Assembly (NCBI GenBank): GCA_964016885.1
Contig: OZ024742.1
Span: 80,848,001 to 80,912,000 of the forward strand
DNA length: 64,000 bases
Origin: Eledone cirrhosa
Lineage: Eukaryota
Direction of reading: 5' to 3'
Shown here: positions 40,527 to 54,308 of the stretch, piece after piece
Position numbering within the stretch: the first letter of the stretch is position 1
Layout of the letters: every line of letters begins with the position of its first letter
Translations under genes and position numbers: made by a program
The notes under the pieces: generated by a model
What the model was told of the DNA's origin: nothing
The model's database searches: none
Seen by the model: the letters and a program-made list of their open reading frames with translations, nothing else

Positions 40527-41401
40527 CGAGGTGGGACAGAAAAGTTCCAGGACTGAAGTCACAAAAGATTTATTTCAAACCCAAACTTCACACTAAGAGC
40601 TTTCTCCTTCAAAGTAAACCCTCTGGAGTCTAATGCACTCTCCATCCTTTTCTGCCACGCTTGCATGCAGGATCCTCCGCAGTTACGTCGTCACAGCATT
40701 TTGATGTCGTCCACGTCTTCAGAACGGGTCCCCTCCGGGCCGTACTCGAAGATCCATGACTCATCACAGGTGATGACTGTCCCTAGCAAGTCTGGTTCGG
40801 TTTCAGGACTTCTCGAGTATGTGCCGGCACACTTGCATGCGGCGATAACTCTGGTCATCGTTTAGCAGTTTTGGCACCATTTTCGCGCAGACTTTCCGCA
40901 TGTCCAAATCTTCAGTGAGAATCTTCCAGACGCTGTCCCGATTCATGCCCAGCGCATTTGCTATCAGTCGAACAGTCAGCGGACGATCGCTATGCACCAT
41001 CTGCCTGACGCGCTCAACGTTGACCTCAGTCCTGGTTGTTGAGGGCCTTCCGCTCTTGGGGTCATATTCCACGTCCTCGCGTCCTTCTTTTAACCTCTTG
41101 CATCACTCAAAAACACGTGAACGTGACATCGTCTCATCTCCATACACTTGCTGCAGAAATCCGAGTGCTTCTGACGGAGTTTTGAAGTTTGTTCGTTGCT
41201 CTGTGATAATTGCTTGACAACCTGAAACTGAGGACAGGTATATCAAATCATAAAGAAAAAAGTTTGGTCACTGCAGGGAGCTAAGTTTACAGTTACACAC
41301 TCCAGGTGGATTACGTTGAAGGAGAAAACACTTAGTGTGAAGTTTGGGTTTGAAATAAATCTTTTGTGACATCAGTCCTGGAAATTTTCTGACACTCCTC
41401 T
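40527..41401 (-). mobile_element. Internally deleted mariner transposon
   Basis: ~70-bp TIRs (cgaggtgggacagaaaagttccaggactga...cactaag), flanked by TA; SGRPST, KVCAKMVPKLL, ITCDESWIFEY; DDD core largely deleted. Confidence 0.9.
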
Positions 41402-41876
41402 TATATTTCATGTTTTAAATATAAATATATATGTTCTTGTAAATCGTAACAATATATAACAAAAACATCATGTTTCTTCTGCTGACATACATCTCCTGTT
41501 ATCTGAAAAAGCGTGAAAGCCGATATGATCTTTTCTATGAGTTGTCTTATTTATTCGTGACCCTTACAAACCCCCGTGTATTATAGAGTCCAACATTTTC
41601 TTTGCATTCATTTACGGTTAGGTTTAACTTCAAATAAATTAAATTGTTCATTAATCCTAAGAAGTATGCCTCTGTCGACAAAACATGAAGAAATATAAAA
41701 GATTTACTCAAGCTGAATATACGATTCCAATACAAATGTAACAGATTCAATATGTTAGAAGTTTGTGCTTCTCAATAAAGAAGCTCAGTAGACATTATCC
41801 AAAGCTATAATCCAGTCAAGTGTAGGATATATATATGTTCTATATTTGACTTATATATATATATATATATATGTGT

Positions 41877-41919
<43 letters not shown>

Positions 41920-42103
41920 TGTGTTTGTGTGTGTGTGAGTGTGTATAAATATATATATGTATGTGGGGGTGGGGTACATATAAGGAGAGTCTGGGGTGCT
42001 GAGACCAAGTAGACTACTATTCATGTGAATAATCGATACATGGGGAGAGGTCGAGTGGGTATGTAGATATGTAAAATCCCGACCACGGATAAATAATTAA
42101 ATA

Positions 42104-42173
<70 letters not shown>

Positions 42174-43006
42174 TGTGTAAGACCTGAGGTATCATATGCA
42201 TACTAGTTTTCCGTTTCCACACCATCGCAACCTTCCACGGAAAATACAACAGAGCTTGGAGCATGTTAAGTTGCAACTCAGTTCAACAGCTTAGTGAATT
42301 TAGCTCAATGACCATAACTAGGGTTTCAAAATGATTATTTATTAAAGATCCCGGTTGGTTTTATAAATACGAAATTCACATACATATATGTTGATGCTAA
42401 ATGATAATATTTCCTTAAAGTTGAGCCAATTTATACAGCTACATATGCAAATGTGTCTAATCGGTCCACCTACACAGGCTAAACTACTATATAATCTCGC
42501 CCGTTTTCTAGTTTCAGCACAAGTCAGCAAGGAAGCACCGTACCGTTTGGAACCATTAAGTTTGAAATACATATAGGCAGTTATCCCTCGCTGCTTTTTC
42601 TGAAATACGTTTACGGCGCGGCCGTCAGACTTTTGATATCCATAGCTTGGCTTTCAAAACAATTATTTACTAAACATGCCATATATCTTCAGGTATACGA
42701 ACTTCACACACACACACAGACACGTGTGTGTGTGTGTGTTTTTCTTTTATCTTAAACGATTTTTTTTATTATGATACTATATTAGCGTAATATAATAAAT
42801 TTATAATTTATTCAAACTACGGGAAAATATGTAAATTTGACATGTTCAGAAGGCTTAAAATGCACATATATGTATTTATCGTGTATTAGTAATGCTACAA
42901 ATATATGCAGAATCACATACATATATGTATACATAGACAGTCATGGAAACAAATAGATAGTCACACACAGAGGCACAGACATATGATATATATATATATA
43001 TATATA

Positions 43007-43068
43007 TGTTGGCGGCCCGCGTTCCAAAATATATAATCCCGCGCAACTCTGGGTGCCACTGCTAGTAT
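43007..43068 (-). mobile_element. Terminal fragment of the Helitron-like element at 43592
   Basis: Reverse complement matches cagtggtacccggcgttgcacggga...ggaacgcgggccgccaac. Confidence 0.75.
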
Positions 43069-43080
43069 ATAGATATATAG

Positions 43081-43162
<82 letters not shown>

Positions 43163-43484
43163 TGGGAACGAGTAGGACCCCGACGGCTGAGCTCAAGCCG
43201 TTTCGACGGGTAATTCTGGACTAAATAAATATATATATATATATATATATATACAAATTAATATATGATAGGTGTAAACACTGATACAAGTATACATGTG
43301 TTCGCATTGCAAATGACCAAGTTAGCTAGATTGAGTAATACTAATTAAAATAATACGGTTTGCCTGACTCAATTTAAATTAATAAATCAATAAAAACAAA
43401 TCTATCATATAATCATATGTACGCACGGCTCAGAAATATTCCTTTCTTTGGGCTATTTAATTGTAAAAGATTATTTCAGTTTAC

Positions 43485-43537
<53 letters not shown>

Positions 43538-43591
43538 TGTGTGGCGGGGAGGGATATACATTTATATATACTCCTATATGTATATATCTAT

Positions 43592-44240
43592 ATATTAACA
43601 GTGGTACCCGGCGTTGCACGGGATAATCTAATTTGGAACGCGGGCCGCCAACAGACCTAATCGTGGAAAAACTGCATGCCTGGACAATATGTAAAGAAAA
43701 TACACCGAATACTCTGATGGCTCGATAATCTTTAAGATTTTCCTCGATGATGCAGGAAAAATGCAGGTTTTCACATATCATAGGGGATCAATAAATGGAT
43801 TTTTTTTATGTGCATAATATGCCTTGACATTTCGGGAAAATCGGTTACACGTAACACCTCACAAAAGCCCTAAACAGCTGAAAAAATCACGTTTTTCAGC
43901 TAATTCCGGCCCTTGTCCATACAAATTGGATTTTCTTTGTTCACGGTATGAAGAAGAGACTGACTAATACATAGTTACAATTTCAAGGAAATCAGTCTGA
44001 CATAACGCCTAAAAAAAAACACCTAAAAAACTGAACAAAAACTGTTTTTCAGCTAATGCGGGCCCTAGAGATTCAAAAAGTCGCATTTATGTGCATAACA
44101 CTCCCTGGCACATAAGTAATACACATGTAAAGTTTGAAAGAAATCGGTTGGGTACTTCTTAAGTTTTAGGGATTCAAACTCCCAGACACACACACACACG
44201 CACTCACTGATAGACATCCTTAGTTTTATATATAAAGATG
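43592..44240 (+). mobile_element. Non-autonomous Helitron-like (Lep1/DINE-1-like) element
   Basis: Start with cccggcgttgcacggg hairpin; end with aagtttgaaagaaatcgg, CA-rich tract and gttttatatataaagat. Confidence 0.65.
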
Positions 44241-44245
44241 ATATA

Positions 44246-44330
<85 letters not shown>

Positions 44331-44689
44331 GAAAGGTATAGAAAATATTGTAGCAAAAGGCCAACAGTATTCCATAATCTATAAGTGACTATAGCGTCAA
44401 AATGGGAAAATAGTTAACGTAAAATGTGTGAAAAATAATTCAAACTCAACTCAAAGAGAATCAGGATATAGATTCATCCACAGAATTTAGTGAAATCCAG
44501 GGAAAAATCAATAGAGCCTTAACTCATGATAAAATAAATATATATATGTATGTATATTTAGATATATCATATATTTATATATATAGAGATTGTGTGTGTT
44601 TCTCTGTGTTAGTATCTATGTGTCTCTATAACTACCTTCGTTTGCATATATGTATATATACATATATACATATATATGCATATATATAT

Positions 44690-44765
<76 letters not shown>

Positions 44766-44776
44766 GTATGTATTTG

Positions 44777-44845
<69 letters not shown>

Positions 44846-44975
44846 CAAAGGAATTGTGGTAAGGAACGAGATGGACCATAACGCACCAGAGTACTCAATA
44901 CTTAGGGTAGTAGAGTGGGAAATAGGAAAATGTATGACCCCGAAGGCAGAGCTCAAGCCGTTTCGACGGCTATTT

Positions 44976-45085
<110 letters not shown>

Positions 45086-45117
45086 GTATGCATGTATGTA
45101 TGTATGTGTGTATGTTA

Positions 45118-45312
45118 AGAATCATCATCTTGAGGGTCATGATTCGGGGCAACTTGTTTCTCCAGTTCCTGGTTACAGAACGCCAGGATGTTTCCATCAA
45201 AATCACACCTCTTCACACCTCTGATGCCACTCCATCTTCTCCATGAGCCTTGCCCTCCTTGATCTTCTTCTTGGTTCTCTGGAACTCCTCCCTGGTGAAG
45301 GGCTCTGTTTCA
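45118..45312 (-). mobile_element. Small deleted RTE-type LINE remnant
   Basis: [28 protein letters not shown] (pre-RT region) joined to a gatgatgat tail. Confidence 0.55.
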
Positions 45313-45315
45313 ATA

Positions 45316-45357
<42 letters not shown>

Positions 45358-45362
45358 CCTAT

Positions 45363-45400
<38 letters not shown>

Positions 45401-45448
45401 TTATATATAGTAATAATGATAAATTTGAAGACTAAAATCTGTATTTTA

Positions 45449-45499
<51 letters not shown>

Positions 45500-45790
45500 T
45501 ATACATATATATTTATTTATTCAATTAGGTGCTACAATCAGGCAATCTGCTAATATGCATATACGACAGGTCAGTCACTGTATATTCAAAAAAGAAAAAA
45601 AATGTTCAAAAGCTCTGACAGTTGGTAACGAAAGAGTACATAGTACTGGCGAAGTGTAGTAACAGAGAAACATTAGCATTTGCCGTTCTGTTTATAAGCC
45701 AACAAAAGAGCAACAATAACAGGTTCATTCTAGTGACTTGGCTTAAGGGGCTGTTAACAAAATCGCAAACCAAATGAGTATCATTATCAA

Positions 45791-46814
45791 TACTAGCCGA
45801 TTTACCCGCGCCTTGCTGCGTTTAACACATTGTGTTGGGGCAAGAAACATTATGATTCATTTTAAATCAGAGATATAATTTATGGAGGAAAACTCTGCAT
45901 TTCAATATTACACTATGTAAAATGTAATACATGAAGAATTGGAAAACATTTTTTGTAATATATCAAATCAAAATTACATTATCAAATCTTATTCTTATTT
46001 TGTTTCTTGTAAATAATTTTTTTCAAAATATCAATTCAAAACTTTTGTGAATAGGCATCATATCTTGTCATTTACTACGGTTTAAATTTCATATAAACCC
46101 AAGGGAATATTTTTCAGCGGGGGTTTGCGCTCCCGAGGAACCCTAATAGGGGATACCCCCACCAAGACAAACAAAAATGGTGTCTCAATATTATTGAAAT
46201 TTGCTGAAATTTTGTGAATAGATATCATATCTTGTCAGTTACTATGGTTTAAATTTCCTATAAATGGAAGGGAGACATTTTCAGGGGTTTGTGCCCCCCT
46301 ACCCCGGGAATCCCTTTGATTAAAATGAAATATACTTATCGAAGTACCCTGGTCAATGTAGTTTCAGAATATATATGGTTATGGGGGTCAATCTCCAAAA
46401 CCATAGGGGTGTTCGTGAAATCTTGTTCCATTTATTGGCCAACATTTTCACTATACCCACTATAGTGAAAATGTTGGCCAATAAATGGAACAAGATTTAA
46501 CCACCATTAGGGTGTCGATATTATTGACATTTATTGGAATTTTGTGAATAGACATCATATCTTGTCATTGACCTATGGTTTAAATTTCATATAAATCGAA
46601 GGGAAAATATTTTCAGTGGGGGTATTCCGCGGGGGTTTCTGTCCTGGGGAACCATTTGATTAAAATGAAATATACTTATCCAGGTAACGTGGGAAATGTA
46701 GTTTCAGAATAAATGTGGTTATGGGTGACAATCTCCAAAACCATAGGAGGAGTTCGTGAACAAACAAAGAAACAAACAGACAGGAACTACAACTTTATAT
46801 ATTTATCTAGAGAT
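45791..46814 (+). mobile_element. Non-autonomous Helitron-like (Lep1/DINE-1-like) element with internal tandem duplications
   Basis: Starts tactagccgatttacccgcgccttgctgcg; ends acaaacagacaggaactacaactttatatatttatctagagat; tttgtgaatag..catatcttgtca block occurs three times. Confidence 0.65.
46418..46498. repeat. Perfect 38-bp inverted repeat with 5-nt loop
   Basis: aaatcttgttccatttattggccaacattttcactata-cccac-tatagtgaaaatgttggccaataaatggaacaagattt. Confidence 0.97.
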
Positions 46815-47289
46815 TCGAAAAACTCAGATTTACATTTCTTGTATTCCGCCATGTAAAGCGAGAAAACTGCATGTTAGTTATTCGACTATGGCAAAGACAT
46901 TCATTAATTGCTCGTCTACATACATCTGCCTGGTCAATCTGCCGATATGCAAATCTGGCTGATCAGTGGATTTGCTAATATGCAGATCTGGCTGATCCGG
47001 TAGTCGGCTAATATGCAAGTCAGGTTGATAGTGTCACTGTATATTGCAGAAATTATCATATATTTTCACTAGTTCTGGCAGTTGGTCTGTAAACAGTATA
47101 CGGTACAGATGAAGGGTAGTAACGAACAAACATTAGAGTTTGCCGTTACGTTTATATGACAACACAAAGGCGAGAATGAGGGGTCATTCTACTTAAGAGG
47201 CTTTTTGTATAATTGCAAACGAATCGAAAATGATTGTTAATATTCGAAAACATTGAGATTTACATACACGCACATACTCACACACAAAC

Positions 47290-47338
<49 letters not shown>

Positions 47339-47374
47339 GATATATGTAGATAAACGTCGATTTTACTAAACGTC

Positions 47375-47436
<62 letters not shown>

Positions 47437-47994
47437 GTAAGTGCCGTACTAAGAGTGAGAAATGAAATATATAGATATATATATAGTGGACGTTTAGTAA
47501 AATCGACGTTTTGGCTGTGGCCAAGATAACAAAATACAATTAGGAATATGCAGCAAAGCACTCGGTAGGGTTGACAAATTGAAAATTGCGGCAGGTACCC
47601 CTAGCCACATAATACCAAATCAACGAAAATAAACAATGAGGTTAGACGACTGACCTGAACCAAATCGAACTATATTATGCAATACGTCCGATAGGTTTCA
47701 TTGAACCCGAATTCAACAATCCTACTTGCGCAATATGCAAGTTTATGTTATTCAAGTTAACAACAGGTTTCCGTTCTATGCTTCAAGCCAGTGTGAAGTG
47801 TAGCAGTAACTGCTATCGGTGGTAGTAGTGAATGTTTTACTGTCACATGCTTTTTTCCAACAAGGGAAGTAACCCCCGGTTTTTGGCGGGCAAGTTCAAA
47901 ATGTGAACAAAGGAATCAATTCCGTTCCACAATCCGAATGAGAAGCTCTCGACTAGACGTTATATACACTCACACACAGACACATGCACCGATA

Positions 47995-48002
47995 CACACA
48001 CA

Positions 48003-48100
<98 letters not shown>

Positions 48101-48158
48101 GATACACACACACATACACACATACACACATACACACATACACACATACACACACATA

Positions 48159-48226
<68 letters not shown>

Positions 48227-48235
48227 ATATATATA
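47995..48235. repeat. Compound (CA)n-(TA)n microsatellite
   Basis: Direct reading; abuts the 3' end of the Neptune-like PLE. Confidence 0.97.
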
Positions 48236-48765
48236 ATTAAAAGAATAGAGGTGTAACACACACGTTATTATATATTGGTAAACGGAATAGAAAATGCTGA
48301 CAAATTGTTCACAGTTGAAAAATGATTTAATTAGGAATAAAAGAGTATTAGTGATTGTATGGGTTAGTATTCAGTTGTGGTTTTAAGTTTTTAAGTTTTT
48401 AACGGTTGCGCATTTCTAAATGCTTTTCAAAAATAATTTTGAGATAGAGTGTCCGTGCTGTTTGCTCTGATCTGATTAGTTTTGGGAATTATACCTGTTT
48501 TTATGTTAAAAAAGTGGCTCCAGCGTTACTTTGGTGTTGCAAAAATTCTTGTGGTCAAAACAATTTTGATTGGTCGGTAGAGGTCATGTGAATGTAAAAA
48601 ATTGATTTTGCGCCAAGACTGTTTTTATGTTAAAAAAGTGGCTCCAGCACTACTTGGTGTTTGCAAAAATTCTTGTGGTCAAAACAATTTTGATTGGTCG
48701 GTAGAGGTCATTTGAATAAAAAATTGGTGTTGCGCCAAGATTGAGAAATGACTCTTTCACAACAA

Positions 48766-48807
<42 letters not shown>

Positions 48808-49268
48808 TATTAGTAAGGTGCTCGATGTTGTGATAATGGTTAGCAGGGATGTGTGTCAAATGGCTATTAAGATAGGTGTGTGTGTGTGTGTGTGTGTATA
48901 TAGGAGAGTAATTCGTGATAGCAGGGATGGTCAGTAAGAATGTGTCTGAAAGCAATGGGGGGGGAGGGTATTTTAGCATGTCAAAAGATATTTTTCAGCT
49001 TTTGTCTTATACTGAGAAGTGTGTGTGTGTGTGTGTGTGTGTATAAGTCTCTTTGTATGTTAATGTACGCGTGTGTATGTGTGTGTGTATATATGTGTGT
49101 GTGTGTGTGTGGGTGGGTGGACCAGTATTTTTTCTCCCTGGTAAAAAGGTGTACATTATTCGATTTTTTCAGTAAAATCGGTTCTCTTAATAGAACATCA
49201 AACATCTTAACAAAAAAAGGTGTGAAATGATATTCACTATATATATATATACACATACATACATTCAC

Positions 49269-49325
<57 letters not shown>

Positions 49326-49499
49326 TTTTTTGGTGTTGCACCATAGAGCATGTGTATTTACGTAAGTCATTGTGTTTATATGTGGGTAGAGATGTGTGCT
49401 GATTTAGGTATGTATGTTGACGTGTGTATGTTGTGGATTCGTCTTAGGGAGAAGTGTTTAGACGGGGTCCGTATTTGTTAATTAAGTAAGATTCCTTGC

Positions 49500-52400
49500 T
49501 GATGCGCTGGGTGTGGCTGGCATTATATTTAAATTTGTAGATGGGAAAGATTCTGAAGTTGGGATGATTTTGGGCGGCACAGGTATCAATGTGTACACTC
49601 AGTGGCATTTTCCTTTATTCCCGTATTTTAATTTGGGATCTATGGGCAGTCATGCGTTGGCGGAGGCTGTTTTTTGTCTGGCCTATGTATTGTTCTCGAC
49701 AACCTGAGCAAGTTACTACATATATTAGATTTTCCGATGCACATGTGAAATTGTGTTTTACTATAAAACGTTGTCCATCTTTGAAATAGAATTCCGAACC
49801 CTCTATTAGGTTGATGCAAATGCCACAGTTGGATCTATCGAATTTTTTTAATGTGGGTTTCGTTGTTGTGGTTGGCAGTACTTTGGCATGTGTTAGGATG
49901 TTTTTCATTGACTTGGATTGTCTTTTGCTCTTTATGATATCGTGTGTTCGTAGAATTTGGTTCATTCTATAGTCCTTTTTCAACACAGGGATGTTCTGGA
50001 GGATTGTGTCAAAGGCCTCATTGTTGAGGGGGTTGTGTGTGGAGATGTATGGAAGAGCTTTTAATTTCGGTTGATTTACTTTAGGGTGTCTAAGGTCCTG
50101 GGTACTGAGTTTTAGGTCACGTTGGATTCCATTGTCAATTAGTGATGCAGGGTAGTTCCTGCCTATGAGTGTGTTTAGTTCTTGTAGCCGTAAGTAGCAG
50201 ATGTTTTTATTGGAGACTATAGTACAGATTCTCTTGGCTAAGTTGTAGGGAATATTAATTTTAACGTGTCTAGGGTGCCAAGAGTTGAAGGGGAGATACT
50301 GCTTGGAGTATGTGGGCTTGTAGTATATGTCTGTTTCTATGTTTTTGTTATGGATGTTAATGAGGATGTCGAGGAAGGGGAGTTGTTGATGGCTGTATTC
50401 CATCGTGAAGTTAATATTCGTGTTGAGCCCATTTATAAGGGTGTGAAATTCTTTAAGTTTTTCGCGGTTTTCGTGCAGTCATCTAGATATCGCTTCCAGT
50501 TCCTTTCAATGTGTAAGTGGGGGGTGTTTCCAAATTTGTTTAGGACTTTAGTGTAGAGGTTGATTTCCAGGTATCCCATGACTAGGTTGGCATAAGTGGG
50601 GGCTGTTTTCGTTCCCATAGCGGTCCCAGATTTCTGCCTGTAGGGTCTGTTATTGAAAACGAAGTAATTGTTCTCCAAGATAAATTTGAGTCCCTCTATC
50701 ACGAATTCTTTTTTGATGCGTTGTGGGAGTTTATTGTGTAAATTATCCAGCCAGAATTGGATAGCTTCTATTCCTAGGTTGTGGGGGATGTTGGTGTATA
50801 GGTTGACTACATTGAACGTCACTAGTAGGGTTTGTTCAGAAAGTGGCATATTAGGGAGGTGATTGAGCATATCTAGGTCGTCCCTAATATAGCTTTCGAT
50901 GTGTTTGAGGAAGGGTTTGAGAAGGGTATCAATGAAGTTGCTAAGACGGTGCATTTCGCAAGCGGGGCCTGCTATTATAGGTCTTAATTTGAGATCATTG
51001 GGTGAGGGGACATTGATGACTATGTCTGTGGCTTCTTTGCATACTTTACTTATTGATTCGCTTTTATGTACTTGAGGGATACCGTAGAAAAGGCTGGATT
51101 TACTTGTGAAGTCTGTGATGAAGCTGAATTCCTTGTTAGTGAGTCCTTCTTTGTATTGGTTGATTAGAGTTTTTAGGTTTCTCATAATTTTCTGTTGATT
51201 GTAGTGTTCAGCCTTTTCGTAGTATGTTTCGTTTTCCAAAGTGGAGAGCGGTAAGTTGATATAAAATTCTGTCTCCATTAGGACTACTGTACTCCCTTCA
51301 TCAGCCTCTTTAATTGTAATGGTTCTGTCGGTTTTTAATCTATTTAATTCTTCCCATTCTTTCTTGTTGAGTTTTGGCTTGTGTTTTTGTCTGTGCAAGT
51401 GTTGGTAAGGGAAGTTTGTGATGTGTTCACAGAATTCGTCCAGGATTTCATTTCTACCTTTTGAAGGGGTGTAATTGCTTCTATTTCTGGCTAATGATTC
51501 ATCCTCATTGTACTGATCGAATAGTTGTTCACTAAGTCGTAACTTTCTACAGAAGTCTGTGATGTCTTCCTTCATTTCATAGTAGTTAGGACGTAGTGGG
51601 GTCGGTGTGAATTTAAGACCTTTGGAGAGTAAGTTGATAAGGTTGGGTGTTGGTTCTGCACTAGTAAGATTGATAATTTTTATTACTATCGGTTTCTCCT
51701 CCCTGTCTTGTGTTATTTTGTTTGCCTGTATCTGTGCGCTGTGTCTAAAACATGGTTGGGGTAGAGGGGTTGTCTGCTGATGTTAAGTGGTCTGCTGTGT
51801 TTGTTATATTCCTTGTTGTTGTAAAATGTGGTTCGGGTTGGTGGTTGTAGTTTGAATGGGGTGTTCCTGTACTGCGTGTATGGGTGTGTGTTTCTATGTG
51901 CCATGTTGTATTGTGGTGTTATAAGTGGCCTACGTTGTTGGTTGTATCGTGTGGTGTGGGTTTGTTGTGTATTGTGGAAGCGAGAGTTGAGAAAATGGTA
52001 ATTACCTTGCTGTCCCCTTGAAGCGTGGAAGTTGTTACATCTATCATGGCGGTGGTATCTTTTCCCTATGTTTGACGATGAGGCATCCGCGTAGTAGTTG
52101 AGTTATTTGGTATGGTGTCTCCTTGAAGGAGGAAAGTTGTAAATGTCATTCTGGGGGAGATGATTTCTTGGGTTTTTGTTCCTTCTTATGGTAGCGAGGT
52201 TGGGAAGTTCATCTTCGGTGTGGTGCTTCCTTCTTCGTTTGTTAGAGGCTTGGGGGTTTGAGAAGTTGTTGTGCGGTTCGGTTATGCGTTTTCCTATTTT
52301 TATGAACGGGTTATTGGAGGTGTAATCCGTTTGAAAAGTCGATTCATTGTGTAGGAACCAAGCGGCACTTTTTTCCCAGCGTTGAAGGGATTTCAGTTCT

Positions 52401-53023
52401 TCTCTGTTGCAATCCCCATTCCATAATTTGGAGATCTTCTCTACCTTGGGGCCTTCAGTTTTGTTGTTGATTTCCAGGATGATCTCTTCATCGATGGTTT
52501 TGAGTTTTTCCTCATTTGTCTGGGCCCTCAGTTTAAGAAGTTCAATTTCTGTCTTCATTTTTTCCAATGCCATTCTTTCCCTAAGGTGTCTTTGAGGTTC
52601 GGGTTCATTTGGAATGGACTTTATTTGTAGTTTACGGGGGAGAGTTAGAGGGGTTGAGTTAAGCCATTTTTCATATATCTCTGCTTTGTTGTGATTTTGT
52701 ATCATCTTCCAGAATGAGAACTTTCTGTCTCTGAGGGATTTGTTCCATTTTGGAATTGTTCGAATTTTAATTTTGTATGAATCAATCTCACATGGTTTTT
52801 CCTTGGTTTTTCCTCGGTTGGTAGTAGTGAACATAGTTTGGATAGTATCGCAAAGGTTTTGGAGTTTGTCGCCGATTTCGGAGGGTTTGTATCCGGTGGC
52901 GGTTTCCTTATTTGTGGGGTCAAGTTTGTCGACCACCAATGATAGGTTGGTGTTGATTTTCTTGAGTTCCTGTAGGATCTCTTCATTTGAGTTGATGAGG
53001 GTTGTATCCGTTTTTGGTGGCAT
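49500..53023 (-). pseudogene. PLE polyprotein: N-terminal helical domain, low-complexity linker, RT, Cys linker, GIY-YIG
   Basis: ATG at 53023 (MPPKTD); LLSKGLKFTPTP, IKEADEGS (DKG motif), RPII, LYTNIP, GTAMGT, RYLDD, LPFLD, CGIC, FTCASENLIYVVTCSGCREQYIGQT; few frameshifts and a small deletion after YLDD. Confidence 0.93.
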
Positions 53024-53211
53024 TTTCTGTATCTCGTGTGAGGATATGATAGTTAAACGAATAGAGGTGTAACACACAAGTTATTATATATTGGTAAACG
53101 GAATAGAAAATGCTGACAAATTGTTCACGATTGAAAAATGGTTTAATTAGGAATAAAGGAGTATTAGTGATTGTATGGGTTAGTATTCAGTTGTGGTTTT
53201 AAGTTTTTAAG

Positions 53212-53250
53212 TTTTTACCGGTTGCGCATTTCTAAATGCTTTTCAAAAAT
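53212..53250 (-). ncRNA. Variant minimal hammerhead-like motif in pLTR (also near 37372, 39028, 48398, 59476)
   Basis: ttt-TTGAAAA-gcatt-taga-aatgc-GCAA-CCGG-TA-aaa. Confidence 0.5.
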
Positions 53251-53310
53251 AATTTTGAGATAGAGTGTCCGTGCTGTTTGCTCTTATCTGATTAGTTTTG
53301 GGAATTCTAC

Positions 53311-53557
53311 CTGTTTTTATGTTAAAAAAGTGGCTCCAGCGTTACATTGGCGTTGCAAAAATTCTTGTGATCAAAACAATTTTGATTTGTCGGTAGAAGT
53401 CATGTGAATGTAAAAAATTGATTTTGCGCCAAGACTGTTTTTATGTTAAAAAAGTGGCTCCAGCGCTACTTGGTGTTTGCAAAAATTATTGTGGTCAAAA
53501 CAATTTTGATTGGTCGGTAGAGGTCATGTGAATAAAAAATTGGTTTTGCGCCAAGAT
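53311..53557 (-). promoter_or_regulatory. Duplicated 124-bp putative promoter module in pLTR
   Basis: Each unit has ttggcgcaaaa (E2F-like), tcacatgacc (E-box-like) and a CCAAT box (mutated in one unit of this copy); lies upstream of the ORF. Confidence 0.45.
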
Positions 53558-53678
53558 TGAGAAATGACTCTTTCACAACAAATATGTGTGTGTGTGTGTG
53601 TGTGTAGTAGTAGTAGTAAGGCGTTCGATGTTGTGACAATGGTTAGCAGGTATGTGTGTCAAATGGCTATTAAGATAA

Positions 53679-53714
<36 letters not shown>

Positions 53715-53726
53715 GTGCGTGTATGG

Positions 53727-53850
<124 letters not shown>

Positions 53851-54012
53851 GCAGAGTAATTCGTGGAATCAGGGATGGTCAGTAAGAATGTGTCTGAAAG
53901 CAATGGGGGTATTTTAGTATGTCAAAAGATATTTTTCATCTTTTGTCTTATACGGAGAAGTGTGTGTGTGTGTGTGTATAAGTCTCTTTGTGTGTTAATG
54001 TACGCGTGTGTA

Positions 54013-54050
<38 letters not shown>

Positions 54051-54251
54051 GGTGGGTGGACCAGTATTGTTTCCCCCTGGTAAAATCTTACTTCATTAAC
54101 AAATACGGACCCCGTCTAAACACTTCTCCCTAAGACGAACCCACAACAGACACACGTCAACATATATACCTACATCAGCACACATCTCTACCTACATATA
54201 AACACAATGACATACGTAAACACATATGCTCTATGGTGAAACACAAACAAA

Positions 54252-54302
<51 letters not shown>

Positions 54303-54308
<6 letters not shown>

